Assembly (NCBI GenBank): GCA_012295275.1
Contig: CM022676.1
Coordinates: 4,464,001 to 4,528,000, forward strand
From: Chrysomallon squamiferum
Taxonomy: Eukaryota; Animalia; Mollusca
DNA length: 64,000 nt
Direction of reading: 5' to 3'
Numbering within the stretch: position 1 is the stretch's first letter; the number at the start of each line of letters is the position of its first letter. Positions 1-22,527 of the stretch are shown here, piece by piece. The position numbers and the translations under genes were made by a program. Under the pieces are notes generated by a model. The model did no database searches and had not been told where the DNA came from. It saw nothing but the letters and a program-made list of their open reading frames with translations.

Positions 1-1270
1 GCTCTAGTGTCTGGTAACCTGTATCATTTTTGGTATACTTTTGAGTTCTTCATCTTTTTACACTCAATCTGCATTGAGTGGGGTTTAATTCTGTATGATG
101 ATTTTATGACGATTTCTGTAAAAGTTTGAGGAGTGCGTACGAACTGATTTTTCATATTAACTGCTTGTGTAGTATTTAAAACGTACGAATACATGGGATT
201 AACGTGAAGAACTGTTCAACCCGTGGAATTCCATTGTTGATACTTCGTTTCCAGGACAACGGATGACACGGCAAAGCAATATAGCCAGATGACGAGAGGA
301 ATATTGCCAGGAAGGTTCTGACGTCATGACATTTCTATTATTTCTCAGTAACCACCGCTTTGAAACACAATGGCTTTTGCTAACAAAAAAATCTCTCGAT
401 GATTTAAATAACAAAATTTCAGCTACAGTGTACTGTAAGCAGCGGTATCAAAAAAATAAAAAATAAAAAATAAATCATAATCTGCAGAAATGGATCATAT
501 ATGATATACTGCATAGCTACTTGTTGACCAGAAAAATAAATAAATAAATAAAAATAATAAAATCCACATACAATATTTTCACTGTTCATGTGTTTCTCTG
601 TTGTAATGAATCGACTTGTGACTGACATTCTGATGTAGAATTACTGTTGTACGCCTTCAGTATTTTTTGCAAACTTCATTTATAACAAAGAAAAGGAACT
701 GAAGAACTGGGTTAGAGAGAAATTCAAATTAACTGGTGTAATCACTAATATCCGTACACTTTTACATCTCTGAATACAGATGTATTACTAAAATATTGCT
801 TTGAATTAATTAGGAAACTTATCTCTGTTGTCCTGTTTAATTTGTTTTTTTTCTTTCTTTTACCCTCTTTTCAAACTTCTAGAACTGTACTAGCAGATGT
901 AAATAGTTGATTTTACTTGTTATCCAGACTTAAAAGGAACTCGGGAAGAAGAATCATTATAGAAAAAAGAAGGAAAAATGAAGATTGCATATTGCTGCTT
1001 GTGTAACAATGACTGAAATGATAGAAAATTTGTTAAAGAATTTGTGAGCAAGCAGTTGGAACGGGAAATATGATAAGGGAAGTAATGGAGGGAACTAGTG
1101 TGTACTATTTTTCTGTTCATTATATTATCTTTTTTTATATTAGCAGGTTTCTTTCTGTGTTCGTGATCACAACGATTTTTTCGTTGACATAATAAATACA
1201 TTTTCCAGTTCTCTGCTATATTTTATTCTTTCCCTTCGTACACAATAAGTAAACTAATGTTTCTCTTTGT
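1..1270. repeat. Inverted copy of about 19810-21110 (3' flank of gene C)
   Basis: Bases 1-50 are the near reverse complement of 21061-21110; mirror ORFs 199-414/20697-20912 and 920-1201/19878-20123. Confidence 0.92.
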
Positions 1271-2953
1271 TTTTCAAATGTGTTCATCTCTTTGTGTGTC
1301 TTTGTTTATAACAAGCTTTCTCCATCGATTTTTTATTTCAACTGTTCTGATTATACACACCTCTCTTTTCTTTTCTATTATTCTCAATTTATCTGTTTAT
1401 CTGTCTGATTGTTCTTTCTTTCTTTACTCACACACAATAGAAAGAGTATGCTACTCAATGACTTGACAGAAAGAGTGTCATGTGCTTTAGGTTATATCGT
1501 TAGTTCGTCTTTTTTTCATGCGTCACTGGTTTTAAACAGAGTGGTAGGCTCAGAACATACAACAATAACACTGACCACGTGATGTCATGACGTATATATA
1601 TATACATATATTTAAATATTACATATACCAAAATAAAACTGACGAATGTTTAAATATATATATATAGATAGATATATATGCGTCATAACGTGACTTGGTC
1701 AGTTTTATTTTGGGATGTTGTAACTCTACACTCTATTTATGTGTGTGTGAGTGTGTGTGTTTGTGAGTTATGTATATATGTATATATATATGTATATGTA
1801 AACACAAACATATACCCACATACATACATATATACATATAGAGATATATACATACATCTAGACATACTGTATATACATATATGTATAAATGCAAATATGG
1901 AAATACATACACCTGTATGGTAAAATATCTTCACACATACTTATAAACGTACATAAATACACTCGGACATGAATAAAAATAAAAGCAATAAAAAAAAGAA
2001 AAATAAATAACAGAACGTATGTCTAACGAAATGACAGAACAACGGTTAAACGAATTTTGAGCAAGGAGTTAGAACAGGAAAACAGTCAAGGGAGATAATT
2101 ATACATAGGTAGATAGATAGATACGTATATACATACATAGGTATATTATACATACACACACATACATAAAAGCATACACTGATACCCGAACATATACCAC
2201 CTACTATGTGTGTGTGTGTGTGTGTATATATATGCCTATATGTATCTCTATTTGTTATATTTAAACATTTCATATATATATCTCTCTATATATGTGTGTG
2301 TGTCTGTGCGCGTGCATGTTTGTTTATATATGTATATATATATATATATGTATGTATGAATGTATGTGTGGAAACACATATACAAACACACATACATATA
2401 TACATATACAGATATTTACATACATATATACTTAACTACATATCTATATAAATGTGTATAAATGCAGATATGGAAATATATACACCTGTTTGGTAAAATA
2501 TCTTCACACATACTTATAAACGTACATAAATACACTCGGACATCAGTACTAAAAAAAACAACTAATAAACAATTAAAAAAACCAACTAATAAATAAATAA
2601 ATATATAAAAAAAAGTAAAATAGAATAAAATAAAAGGAAAACGAAGAAGAAGAAAAAACATTCTAAGCAGAATTAACTATTGAAAATACAACTCTGCATG
2701 TTATATCTCAGGTTGCATTTTGTATTTTTCTGATTCAGTCGAGTGGATTTAGTTTATTAATAAATAAGCAGACCCAGTGACACTTGTGTTCATATTGTGT
2801 ATGAAACAGGAAATAAAACCTTTACCAGAATAAAGTACAACAAGAAGGCGTCGAAAACAGTTTTAACATTAACAGCAGTAAAAACGAGAAAGCAGTGAAG
2901 AAAAGAAAGTAACTATATTTTTATTAACGGCAGTTAAAACTAAAACACTGGAA

Positions 2954-3422
2954 ATGAGTGCTAAGTTATTCTGTGTGTTCGTGTTACTGGGATCTCTAAG
3001 TTACGTACAAGGTATGTATTTTATATTCCTGCCAAAAGGCAGACGTGTCATAAACTATAGTATAGCATAAATTATGGAATATTCTGATACAATTAAATAC
3101 AGAACACAGAACAAAATTATATTAAATTATATTAATTAATAGATTTATTTGTAGATTTATTAATTACATTTACCATATTATAATTAGGCTCTTGCTGTTG
3201 TTTGTATGTTCCCGAGTGATACATATTTACAAACTGTGAAATCTAAATTGAGTCGAAATTATGTTTCGTTGACTAAGGTAAAAAACTATATGCATGATTG
3301 TGTGATTTGAAGTTTTGAAATATCTGTATTAAAGCATTAGGCAATAACATAACATTCCATGACATAAGATAACGTTAGGATATGAGAGTCGATAATGTAA
3401 CATAATGTAATAAAATTTAAAG

Positions 3423-3461
<39 letters not shown>

Positions 3462-4154
3462 AATAAATTAATTAATTAATAAATAAATAAATAAATTAAT
3501 AAAAATAACACAAAATGTGAATGTAATTATAAAATATGTATTTAATTTACTTTTGAATTTTGTTTGATTATTATTATTTTAAACAGAAGTTTGGTTTTTC
3601 GTAATAACAACATCAGACAGGAATGTAATTGTAGGATCACCTTTTACTTTTACCTGTCGAGGATATCCTGTTTCTATAATTTCCTGGTTTGAGAATAACA
3701 CAAAATACAGGATGGATATAGGAAGACATGGTCAATGTCTTTATCATAGTAATCCTCCAAAAGAATACACTTTTAAGTGTTCAGATGACCTAAACACTCT
3801 CACAATAAAATCAGTGAAACTCAGTCAACATGGAACAGTGTGGAGATGTGGTGACTTTCTACCACGCAGCAATGAAATAAAACTGGAAGTGAGACGTAAA
3901 ATTAACTTATTTATTATTAATGTTATTACTGTACCTATTAGATGTTAAAAAAAAAGAAGGAAATAAAACTGGAAGTAAGAGGTAAAATTAAATTGTTTAT
4001 TTTAAATGTTATTACTGTACCTATTTTACGTTAAATTTTTATGTTTCGGAATTTTTTCCACACACTCACAAGTTTTATAGAAACGAAAATTTCATTGCAT
4101 ATTTCAGATAATCAGACTGCGCCAGCGGCTGTACAACAACATACAGAGATGTGA
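2954..4154 (+). CDS. IgSF gene A: signal peptide + single V-like Ig domain + short tail, no TM (predicted secreted, 137 aa)
   Basis: Exons 2954-3011 (MSAKLFCVFVLLGSLSYVQ, donor GTATGT), 3587-3895 (EVWFF...FTFTC...SWFENN...GTVWRC...EIKLEVR) and 4108-4154 (HNQTAPAAVQQHTEM*). All junctions are phase 1 and in frame; exons are paralogous to genes B and C. Confidence 0.75.
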
Positions 4155-5120
4155 TAAAGTTTGAAAATAAATGAAACTGTTGTCATGAATGTTAAAGAAG
4201 GAAACAAGTTCTATTTGTTAATCATGTACTTCTTGAAACTGTTTTATGAATACTAACAGGATATTAAATTGTTAAAAGTTTTTTTTTACTAATATACAAG
4301 GCCTTCAGTTTCCACAATGACACAAGATTTGAACTGTGTAAACAGGTACCTATTTAAATATTGACACACGGATAGATTAACAAAAAGAAGCATTTGATCA
4401 ATCTCAGTAACACTGGTCTCATTCGCACATGTTTCATCTTTTAATTTCTTATATTTCCTTCAGATGTAAGATCCTTCACGTCATGAAAGTCTCTATTTTC
4501 TTGTATAACAGTAACATGAGAAATGAAATTCCTGGATCACAATGGCAGATTAAATCTATATTTACAAGTGTTTGTTTTTTTTGTGTTTTTTTTTATACTA
4601 AGAAGAGTTTCCTTTTCACGGCTTCGTATACCATATCTATCCAAGGTGTTCCGTTTTTTGGTGAAATTTCTGAATTTTTCATATTTTTATTCTCTATTTA
4701 CATTGAGTGAAGCATAATTCTATCTTATGATTTTGTAAAAGATGGACGAGGGTTCGGGCGTACGAATCGATTTTTATTTCAATTTTAAAAAAAAAAAAAT
4801 TATATATTATAATAAACGGCTTGGACTGGATTTAATTTTTTCGTTTTTTGTTTTTTTACACAATGTTTCTCCGTCTGCATGTTTCCTGTTAAATGTCTTT
4901 CTCTGTTCTGTTAGATTTTATTGCGAATTTTTGCTCATGTAACAAAGACCGAAATGATAGAAAATGGGTTAAAGGAACTTTCAGCAAGCATTTGGAACGG
5001 GAGACAGGACAAGGGACGTAATGAAGGGAACTGCTGTAAGAACTAAACTAGTGTGTACTATTTCTCTGCTAATTATGTTGTCTTTTTACATCATATACCA
5101 GGTTTCTTTCTGTGTTTATA
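4060..5120 (+). repeat. Direct copy of the terminal exon and 3' flank of gene B (about 18660-19790)
   Basis: Shared strings such as GAAACGAAAATTTCATTGCAT, CATTTGATCAATCTCAGTAACACTGGTC and GGACGAGGGTTCGGGCGTACGAA at both places. Confidence 0.9.
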
Positions 5121-5549
5121 ACAAGCTTTCTCAGTCGATTTTTGTACTTGAACCATTCTGATTTTACACACCTCTCTTTTCTTTTCTATTATTCTCTATT
5201 TACCTGTTACTCTATCTGATTGTTCTTTCTTTCTTTACTTCACTGTATCCACACATCCATCCATCTGTCTACCCAATCACTGTCTCTGAATATATAATTA
5301 CACATGTAAGAACGTAAGTCCAACGAAATGACAGAACGTGGGTTAAAGAAATTGTGAGCAAGGAGTTAGAACAGGAAAACAGACAAGGGACATAATAAAG
5401 GGAAGTTACGTAACTACTAAACGTATGTGTGTGTGAGTGTGTGTATATATGTATATATAGATATACGTAGACACATACAGAGGTATAGTATACATACACA
5501 CAGATATATACACACACACACACAGATACATACGTACGTACATATATAT

Positions 5550-5677
5550 ATCATTATATGACAGTGCACTACTCAGCGTAACGTAACGCAATGTAACATA
5601 ATGTAACACGTTATATAAATATCCAATAAAGCAAGCATAATAATAATAGCAAAAACAACAACAATATTAACACACAC

Positions 5678-5717
<40 letters not shown>

Positions 5718-6145
5718 TTCAGTATAAACCGAACACAATAGAAAGAGTATGTTACACTATGGCGTGACAAAATAAAGAATATCATGTATTTTGAGATTAA
5801 TTTGTGGTCGTCTTTTTCCATCCATGACTGGTTTTAAACTGAGTGGAGTTAGATTATACAAAAAAATAAAACTGACGAACTCATGTCATGACGTAAGTAA
5901 CAAAACTTGGCAAACATCCATGTTGTCTAGTCACGCGACAATTCAAAATGGCCGCCCTTTTTCAATGCAGCAAAGATTTGTAATTATTAAAAATGCACAC
6001 GCACACTTACTTTCACGCACGCGCGGACACACACACACACACGCTATATTTATATATATATGCGTATATATGTGTGTGTGTGTGTGCGTGTATGTTTGTT
6101 TTTATATGTATATATATATATATGTATGTAAACACACATATATAC

Positions 6146-6205
<60 letters not shown>

Positions 6206-6300
6206 TTAACTACATGTCTATATATATATCTGTATAAATGCAAATTTGGAAATACATACACCTGTAAGGTAAAATACACTCGGATGTCAATAATAAAAAA
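5550..6300 (+). repeat. Orphan copy of the upstream (promoter-side) module of the Ig genes
   Basis: ACACAATAGAAAGAGTATG and ATACACTCGGA strings recur at about 1430-1970, 5730-6290, 8775-9450 and inverted at about 27105-27815. Confidence 0.8.
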
Positions 6301-8173
6301 AAAAAAAAAAAAAAAAATCGTGACTTATAGATATAATCTATTTATCGGATTTCTTATACATTATTATATATATCAGTTAGCTGAACGGCATAGATTAAAA
6401 TGCATTCAACTTTTGAATGTGGAAATTATTGTTTGCTGGTTAATATTTCAAGACGGTCGACATAGTGGAAAAAGTAGGTTTTGCGCATGATCGGAGATGA
6501 CGTAATTTGTCAGTGTATTGCTTCTTGTGTATTCGACTGTTTACAGTGATTCTGTAAAAAGAAAAGAAGAAAGAAAGAAACATTTTAGTACATCCAACAT
6601 GTTCTTTCTCTTCTTCTTTATTATTATTATTATTATTATTATTATTGCTATTTTTTTTATTATTATCTCTCCGTTGCTAATTTCTTTCAGCTAATTCCCA
6701 ATCTAACCATTTGATTTGTGCTCCCAGTACTTTAATGGTTTTATCTCTTTTTATTTTTTTAAATTTATTTAAAGAGACATAGACGCAATATAGAGATAAT
6801 CAGGAGAACAAAATAATAAGAATAATAAGAATAAGAATAAGATTAGGAATAATAATAAGAATAATAGTAGTAGTAGTAGTAATAAAATTAATAATAAAGA
6901 AATAAACAAAGAAAAGAAAAAGTGAAAATAAATTATTAATTGTTTTCTTATTAAGATTATTCGAATCGTTTTCCTGAGAACAAAATCTATTACTATTAAT
7001 ATTGTTTTATTTAGATTTTGTATGTTCGCTTCTCCACATATTTGAGTTAATCACATCAGTATTTATTATAATCTAAAATTGTTTTCAGTTGTCTGCACAT
7101 CAGGATTATTTGTATGAAAAAGAAAAAAAGAATTTTTTTTTTTTTTAAATATCGATATTAAGTTTGAAAGAGGCCCAGTTAAGGTTCACATGTTATCGAG
7201 AAACAAAATATTCTGAGTTTACGCAACATATTTCTTTAGATTTTCTTTTCATAAACAAACATTTTTAACTTCTCTCCTTCAAGAGTGAAGAATACAGGAC
7301 AGATTCTACGCTTTTTCAGTTTGTTATGTGACGAATGCATTTACTATGGTTTATCAAACAACTTTATCGGTGTAAGTAATCTTTCATCTGGTTCTGTTTC
7401 ATATCGTCATGAATTACACCTGCAAATCTCGTGTGAGAAACGGATGCAGTGATGTTTACAGAGGGTGGTGGTATAATTAGTTATTATAAAAAAAAAATTA
7501 AACAAAAAGAAAAACAAAAAATAAAAAAAATTAGTAATAATAAAGTAAATAAATAAAAAAATAATTTAAAAAAACGAACAAAATAAACCATATCTTCCTA
7601 CTTTTCATAAACATATACGCCAGTATCTGCACTCATTCGTACGAATTCGTCTAAACTAGTCATAAAAAACTGAGGCCCGCGTGGCTTTCTGAGTGGCCCG
7701 TCTAATTTCACAAGGAAAATAACCTAAGTTCAAATTTTATAACATGAGTCTATTTTGCCATCTACTAATATACTAAAACACGTGTCACTTTTTTATATTA
7801 TTATAACAGTTCCTGAAGTAAATGAAAATGAAAAATATCTTAAATTAATTCTACGTAAAAACACAATATCGCCTAAATTAGTAACATCAGCTCGACTGAG
7901 GATGAGCCATATCTCATGTGGCCAGCTTCTTGAAAAAAGCTTGCCCATTCCTGAACTAAAACATTGTCAGTAATTCATAGCATTATTACATAAATGTATG
8001 CTAATACCACTAACGTTAAATAATAATAATATAAAAACTCAAAGTATAATCAGTTTCGTGTAGACTGTCTTTTCGTAGACCGCAGAAGTCAGTCGACTGA
8101 ATCCAGTCTATTACAGATTACAGTCTATTACAGTCTAGTTTACAAAGAATGATAAAAAGGGTGTTTTACTTAC

Positions 8174-8212
8174 GAAACAGAAAGTAAACGTGGTGACTCA
8201 TCAACAGGAAAG
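8174..8212 (+). promoter_or_regulatory. Putative ISRE + AP-1 + ETS cluster upstream of the distal leader
   Basis: GAAACAGAAAGT, TGACTCA and CAGGAA within 40 bp; the gene C copy reads GAAACCGAAAG / TGACGCA / CAGGAA on the minus strand (about 28334-28370). Motif match only. Confidence 0.4.
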
Positions 8213-8297
8213 AAAACAAGGAAGAATTTAAAACAGAAAAACATAGCTAAGACAGTATATATTTTCATTAACGACAGTGAAAACTAAAATACTGGAA

Positions 8298-8346
8298 ATG
8301 AGTTCTAAGTTATTCGTGTTACTGGGATGTGTATTGTACGTACAAG
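8298..8346 (+). CDS. Distal alternative signal-peptide exon of gene B
   Basis: MSSKLFVLLGCVLYVQ(G) followed by a phase-1 GTATGT donor; paralogue of the leader at 9835-9892, mirrored at 28198-28246. Confidence 0.6.
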
Positions 8347-8641
8347 GTATGTATTTTATATTCAAATTATTTATCTCTATCTGAGTTAGTCTCGTTTCAT
8401 TTACCAAATGTGGAGTCGACGTCATTTGTGGATGACTAATGGTAATAACTGTGCAACATGAAGTCTTGAAATATATTTATCAAAATATGAAACCATAACA
8501 TAACAGAAGATAGGATAACATAATGTATCGTAATATGACAGTACATTACACAGAATAACGTAACGCAATGTAACATAATGTAATACAATATAAAAATATG
8601 TAATAAAGTAAGCATAATAATAATAACAAAACAACAACAAT

Positions 8642-8759
<118 letters not shown>

Positions 8760-9033
8760 TCCAGTATAAACCGAACACAATAGAAAGAGTATGCTACTCA
8801 ATGACTTGACAGAAAGAGTATTAGGTGTTTTGGGTTACATTTTTTGTTCGTCTTTTTCCATGCATGACTGGTTTTAAACTGAGTGGTAGAGTTACAACAT
8901 ACAACAACAAAACTGACCAAGTCATGTCATGACGTAAGAAACAAAACTTGACAAAAATCGATGTTCCCTAGGTTACGCCACAATTCTGCAGCAAAGATTT
9001 CTAATTATTAAAAATGCAGACGCACACTTACTT

Positions 9034-9065
<32 letters not shown>

Positions 9066-9132
9066 GTATGCATAAACTGACACCCGAAAATATACAACAT
9101 ACATACATATATACAACCTATCTGCATATATA

Positions 9133-9181
<49 letters not shown>

Positions 9182-9834
9182 CTATATATATTTTAAACAT
9201 TACATATATATATGGGTCTGTGTGCCTGTATGTTTGTTTATATATGTTTATATGTATGTAAACACACATATATACACACATATATATAGATACATATATA
9301 TATATATAGATATATACATACATACATATATATCTTAACTGCATGTCTATATATATATATATATACATCAAGAAATAAACGTAAACAAAAAGATAGAAAA
9401 TCACCTTCACACATATCTATAAACGTACATAAATACACTCGGACATCAATAATAAAAAACGAATTAAAAAAAAAGTAATAAAAAAAAAAAAAATAAAAAA
9501 ATCAAATCAAAAGAAAACGAAGAAGAAGAAAAAACATTCTAAGCAGAATTAACTTTTCAAAATACAACTCTGTATGCTTTATCTCAGGTTGCATTTTGTA
9601 TTTTTCTGATTCAGTCGAGTGGATTTAGTTTATTAATAAATATGCAGAGCCAATGAGACTAGTGTTCATATTGTGTATGAAACAGGAAGTAAACCTCATA
9701 CGTTAAACGAATAAAATACAAGAAGAAGGCGTCGAAAACTGCTTTTACATTAACAGCAGTAAAATCGAGAAAGCAGTGAAGAAAAGACAGTAACTATATT
9801 TTTATTAACGGCAATTAAAACTAAAACACTGGAA

Positions 9835-18800
<8,966 letters not shown>

Positions 18801-21648
18801 AACAAGTTCTATTTATTAATCATACACTTCTTAAAACTGTTTCAATGAAACCTACAGAATATTAATTTGTTCAAAGTTTTGTATACTAAAATACAAAGGC
18901 TTCACTTTCTACAGTGACACCACATTTGAACTGTGTAAATAGCTACCTGTGAGAAAGGTTATAAATATTTTAATGAGTGGCTTATCGCGAATTTTTGATC
19001 ATTCATTACCATTGTCTGAGATGTGACTCTAACTATGTGAAAACTTCGGGAGATTTATCATGTAAAATTAAAATATTTACCCACGTATATATTAACAAAA
19101 AGAAACATTTGATCAATCTCAGTAACACTGGTCTTTTTCGCACATGTTTCATCTTTTAATTTTTTATATTTGCTCTGATATAAGATCCTTGACGTTATGA
19201 AAGTCTTTACTTTCTTGTATAACGATAACATGAGAAATGGCAGAATAAGACTATATTTTCAGGGTTTTTTTTATACTAACAAGCGTTTCCTTTCCGCGGC
19301 TTCGTAAACTTCATCTGTCAAAGCTGTTCACTGTTTTGGTGGTACTTGTGAGTTTTTCATATTTTTATTCGCTATTTTCATTGAGTAAAGCATAATTCTA
19401 TCTGATAATTTTGCCACAGTTGGACGAGGGTTCGGGCGTACGAACCGATTTTGTTTGTTTTTTGTTGTTTTTTTATGTTGAAATAAACGGCTTGGATTGG
19501 ATTTAAAATGCTTTTTGTTTTTTTAAACAATGTTTCTGTGTGTGCATGTTTCCTGTTAAATGTCTTTCTCTGTACTGTTATATTTTATTAGGAATTGTTG
19601 CTTATGTAACAAAGATCGAAATGATAGAAAATGGGTTAAAGGAATTGTGAGCAAGCAGTTATAATGGGAATTAGGACAAGGGACATAATGAAGGGAACTG
19701 ATGTAACTACTAAACTAGTGTGTACTATTTTTCTGCTCATTATGTTATGTTTCTTTTTCATATAGCAGGTTTCTTTCTGTGTTCGTGATCACAAAGCGTT
19801 TTTGAAAGACAAACACAAACATTAGTTTACTTATTGTGCACGAAGGGAAAGAATAAAATATAGCAGAGAACTGGAAAATGAATTTATTATGTCAACGAAA
19901 AAATCGTTCTGATCACGAACACAGAAAGAAACCTGCTAATATAAAGAAAGATAACATAATGAGCAGAGAAATAGTATACACTAGTTCCCTCCATTACGTT
20001 CCTTATCCTATTTCCCGTTCTAACTGCTTGCTCACAAATTCTTTAACCCATTTTCTATCATTTCAATCATTGTTACACAAGCAACAATATGCAATCTTCT
20101 TTTTTCCTTCTTTTTTTTTGTAATGATTCCTCTTCCTGAGTTCATTTTAAGTCTGGATAACAAGTAAAATCAACGATTTACATCTGTTAGTACAGTTCTA
20201 GAAGTTTGAAAAGAGGGTAAAAGAAAGAAAAAAACAATTAAACTCTTCAGGACAACAGAGATAAGTTTCCTAATTTATTCAAAGCAATATTTTAGTAATA
20301 CGTCTGTATTCAGAGATGTAAAAGTGTACGGATATTAGTGATTAAATCAGTTAATTTGAATTTTTCTCTATCCTAGTTCTTCCGTTCCTTTTCTTTGTTA
20401 TAAATGAAGTGTGCAAAAAATACTAAAGGTGTACAACAGTAATTCTGCATCTGAATGTCAGTCACAAGTCGATTCATTACAACAGAGAAACACATGAACA
20501 GTGAAAATATTGTATGGGGATTTTATTATCTTTATTTATTTATTTATTTTTCTGGTCAACAAGTAGTATGCAGTATATCATATATCATCCATTTATGAAG
20601 ATTATGATTTATTTTTTATTTTTTATTTTTTTTTTATTTATTTATTTATTTATTTATTTTGGATACCTCTGTTTACAGTAAACTGTAGCTGAAATTTTGT
20701 TATTTAAATCATCGAGATATTTTTTTGTTGGCAAAAGCCATTGTGTTTCAAAGCGGTTGTTGCTGGTAAATAATAGAAATGTCATGCGTCAGAACCTTCC
20801 TGGCAGTATTCTTTTTGTCATCTGGCTTTATTGCTTTGCCGTGTCATCCGTTGTCCTGGAAACGAAGTATCAACAAATGGAATTCCAAGGGTTGAAAAGT
20901 TTTTCACGTTAATTCCATGTATTCTTCCGTTTTAAATACTACCCAAGCCGCTAATATGAAAAACCAGTTCGTACGTACACCTCAAACTTTTACACAATCA
21001 TCACAAAATCATCATACAGAATTAAACCCCACTCAATGTAGACTGAGTGTAAAAAGATGAAGAACTCAAAAGTATCACCAAAAATGATACGGGTTACCAG
21101 ACACTAGCGCGGGTACTCTTGTTAGTACAGAAAACTGTAAATATAGTGTTATTCTGTCATTGTCAGGCATAAATTTCATTTTTCATGTCACCGATATACA
21201 GGAAGAAAAAGAAATTAAATAAAATAAAAATAGAAACTTTGCGAATTTGAACGAAGTTTCATTTCTTGGATATCATCGCGGGAAGCCATTACTGAAATTG
21301 ATAAAACTTTTTTTTTTTAATTTATGTTTTTATGTGTATCTATTTAATACTTAATTTTACATGATAGATATCAAGAGATTTTAACATAGTTACATTCACA
21401 ATTCACACGATGTTAATGAATGGTAGAAATTCGCGATTGGCAACTCATTATTAAAATGTTCATAACTTTTCTCACAGGTAGCTCTTTACACAATTCAAAT
21501 CTGGTGTCACTGCAGAAACTGAAGTCTCCCTATTTTAATAAAAATATTTAACAAATTAATATTCTTCAAGTTTTCGTGAAAGTGCCTTAAAAAGTGAATG
21601 ATTGACAAACAGTACTTGTTTCCTTCTTTATCATTCATGAACAGGATC

Positions 21649-22474
21649 TCATTTGTTTTCAAACTTGATGACGTCATATGGGACGTCATTTCGTCTTTCC
21701 TCTAGAGAAGAATATGGACTCCCTGTGTCTTGATGTTGTCCTGCTGCTGCAGTCTGATTATCTGAAACATGGAATGAAATTATCTTTTGGCTTATATAAT
21801 CATTGATAGCGCGTTCGTGTATGTATTGAGTGTATTAATATACATGTAAGAATCTTTGTAAGTAGGTAGGTACATAGACATGTCTGAGTGTATCCATATA
21901 TGTATATACGTGATTGTGTTTGTGTGTCTGTATATATGTTTGTATGTGTATGTATGTATGTATGTGTGTATGTATGTTTGTATGTATGTATGTACGTATG
22001 TCTTTATCTATGTATGTATATATGTATATATATGTATGAATGTATACATGTCAACTTACCAGAAATCTGACCAACATTATAGTACACAGGTTGATTGGAG
22101 CTCATTCTGAAATTTCAAAAGTAAATAAAATATATTAGATATTCATTGATGTAATAATTTGAATACAAAGAAAGAAATGCAAACACACATACATATCATA
22201 CACTCATACGAATATATATATATACATTTATAATTTTTCATACATCCATATACATAAAACATGAATATAAACACATCAAACATACACAGATATATACAAC
22301 AACACATGAATATATTTGAATACAGACATATAAAGATCAATTTTTTAGAGATAGAAACAAAAGTAGTACAAATATATAAATTAAAATACCTTTCTGGATT
22401 AGAAGCTGCCTTCTTCCTTCCTGTAATAATAATAATAATAAGAAGAAGAAGAATAATAATAATAATAATAAGTA

Positions 22475-22527
<53 letters not shown>

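Noticed and set aside
7755-7973. Duplicated 72-aa ORF (also 28568-28786) and the ORF pairs at 199/20697 and 920/19878
   Set aside because: Non-ATG or weak starts and no domain; their recurrence is explained by the segmental duplication.
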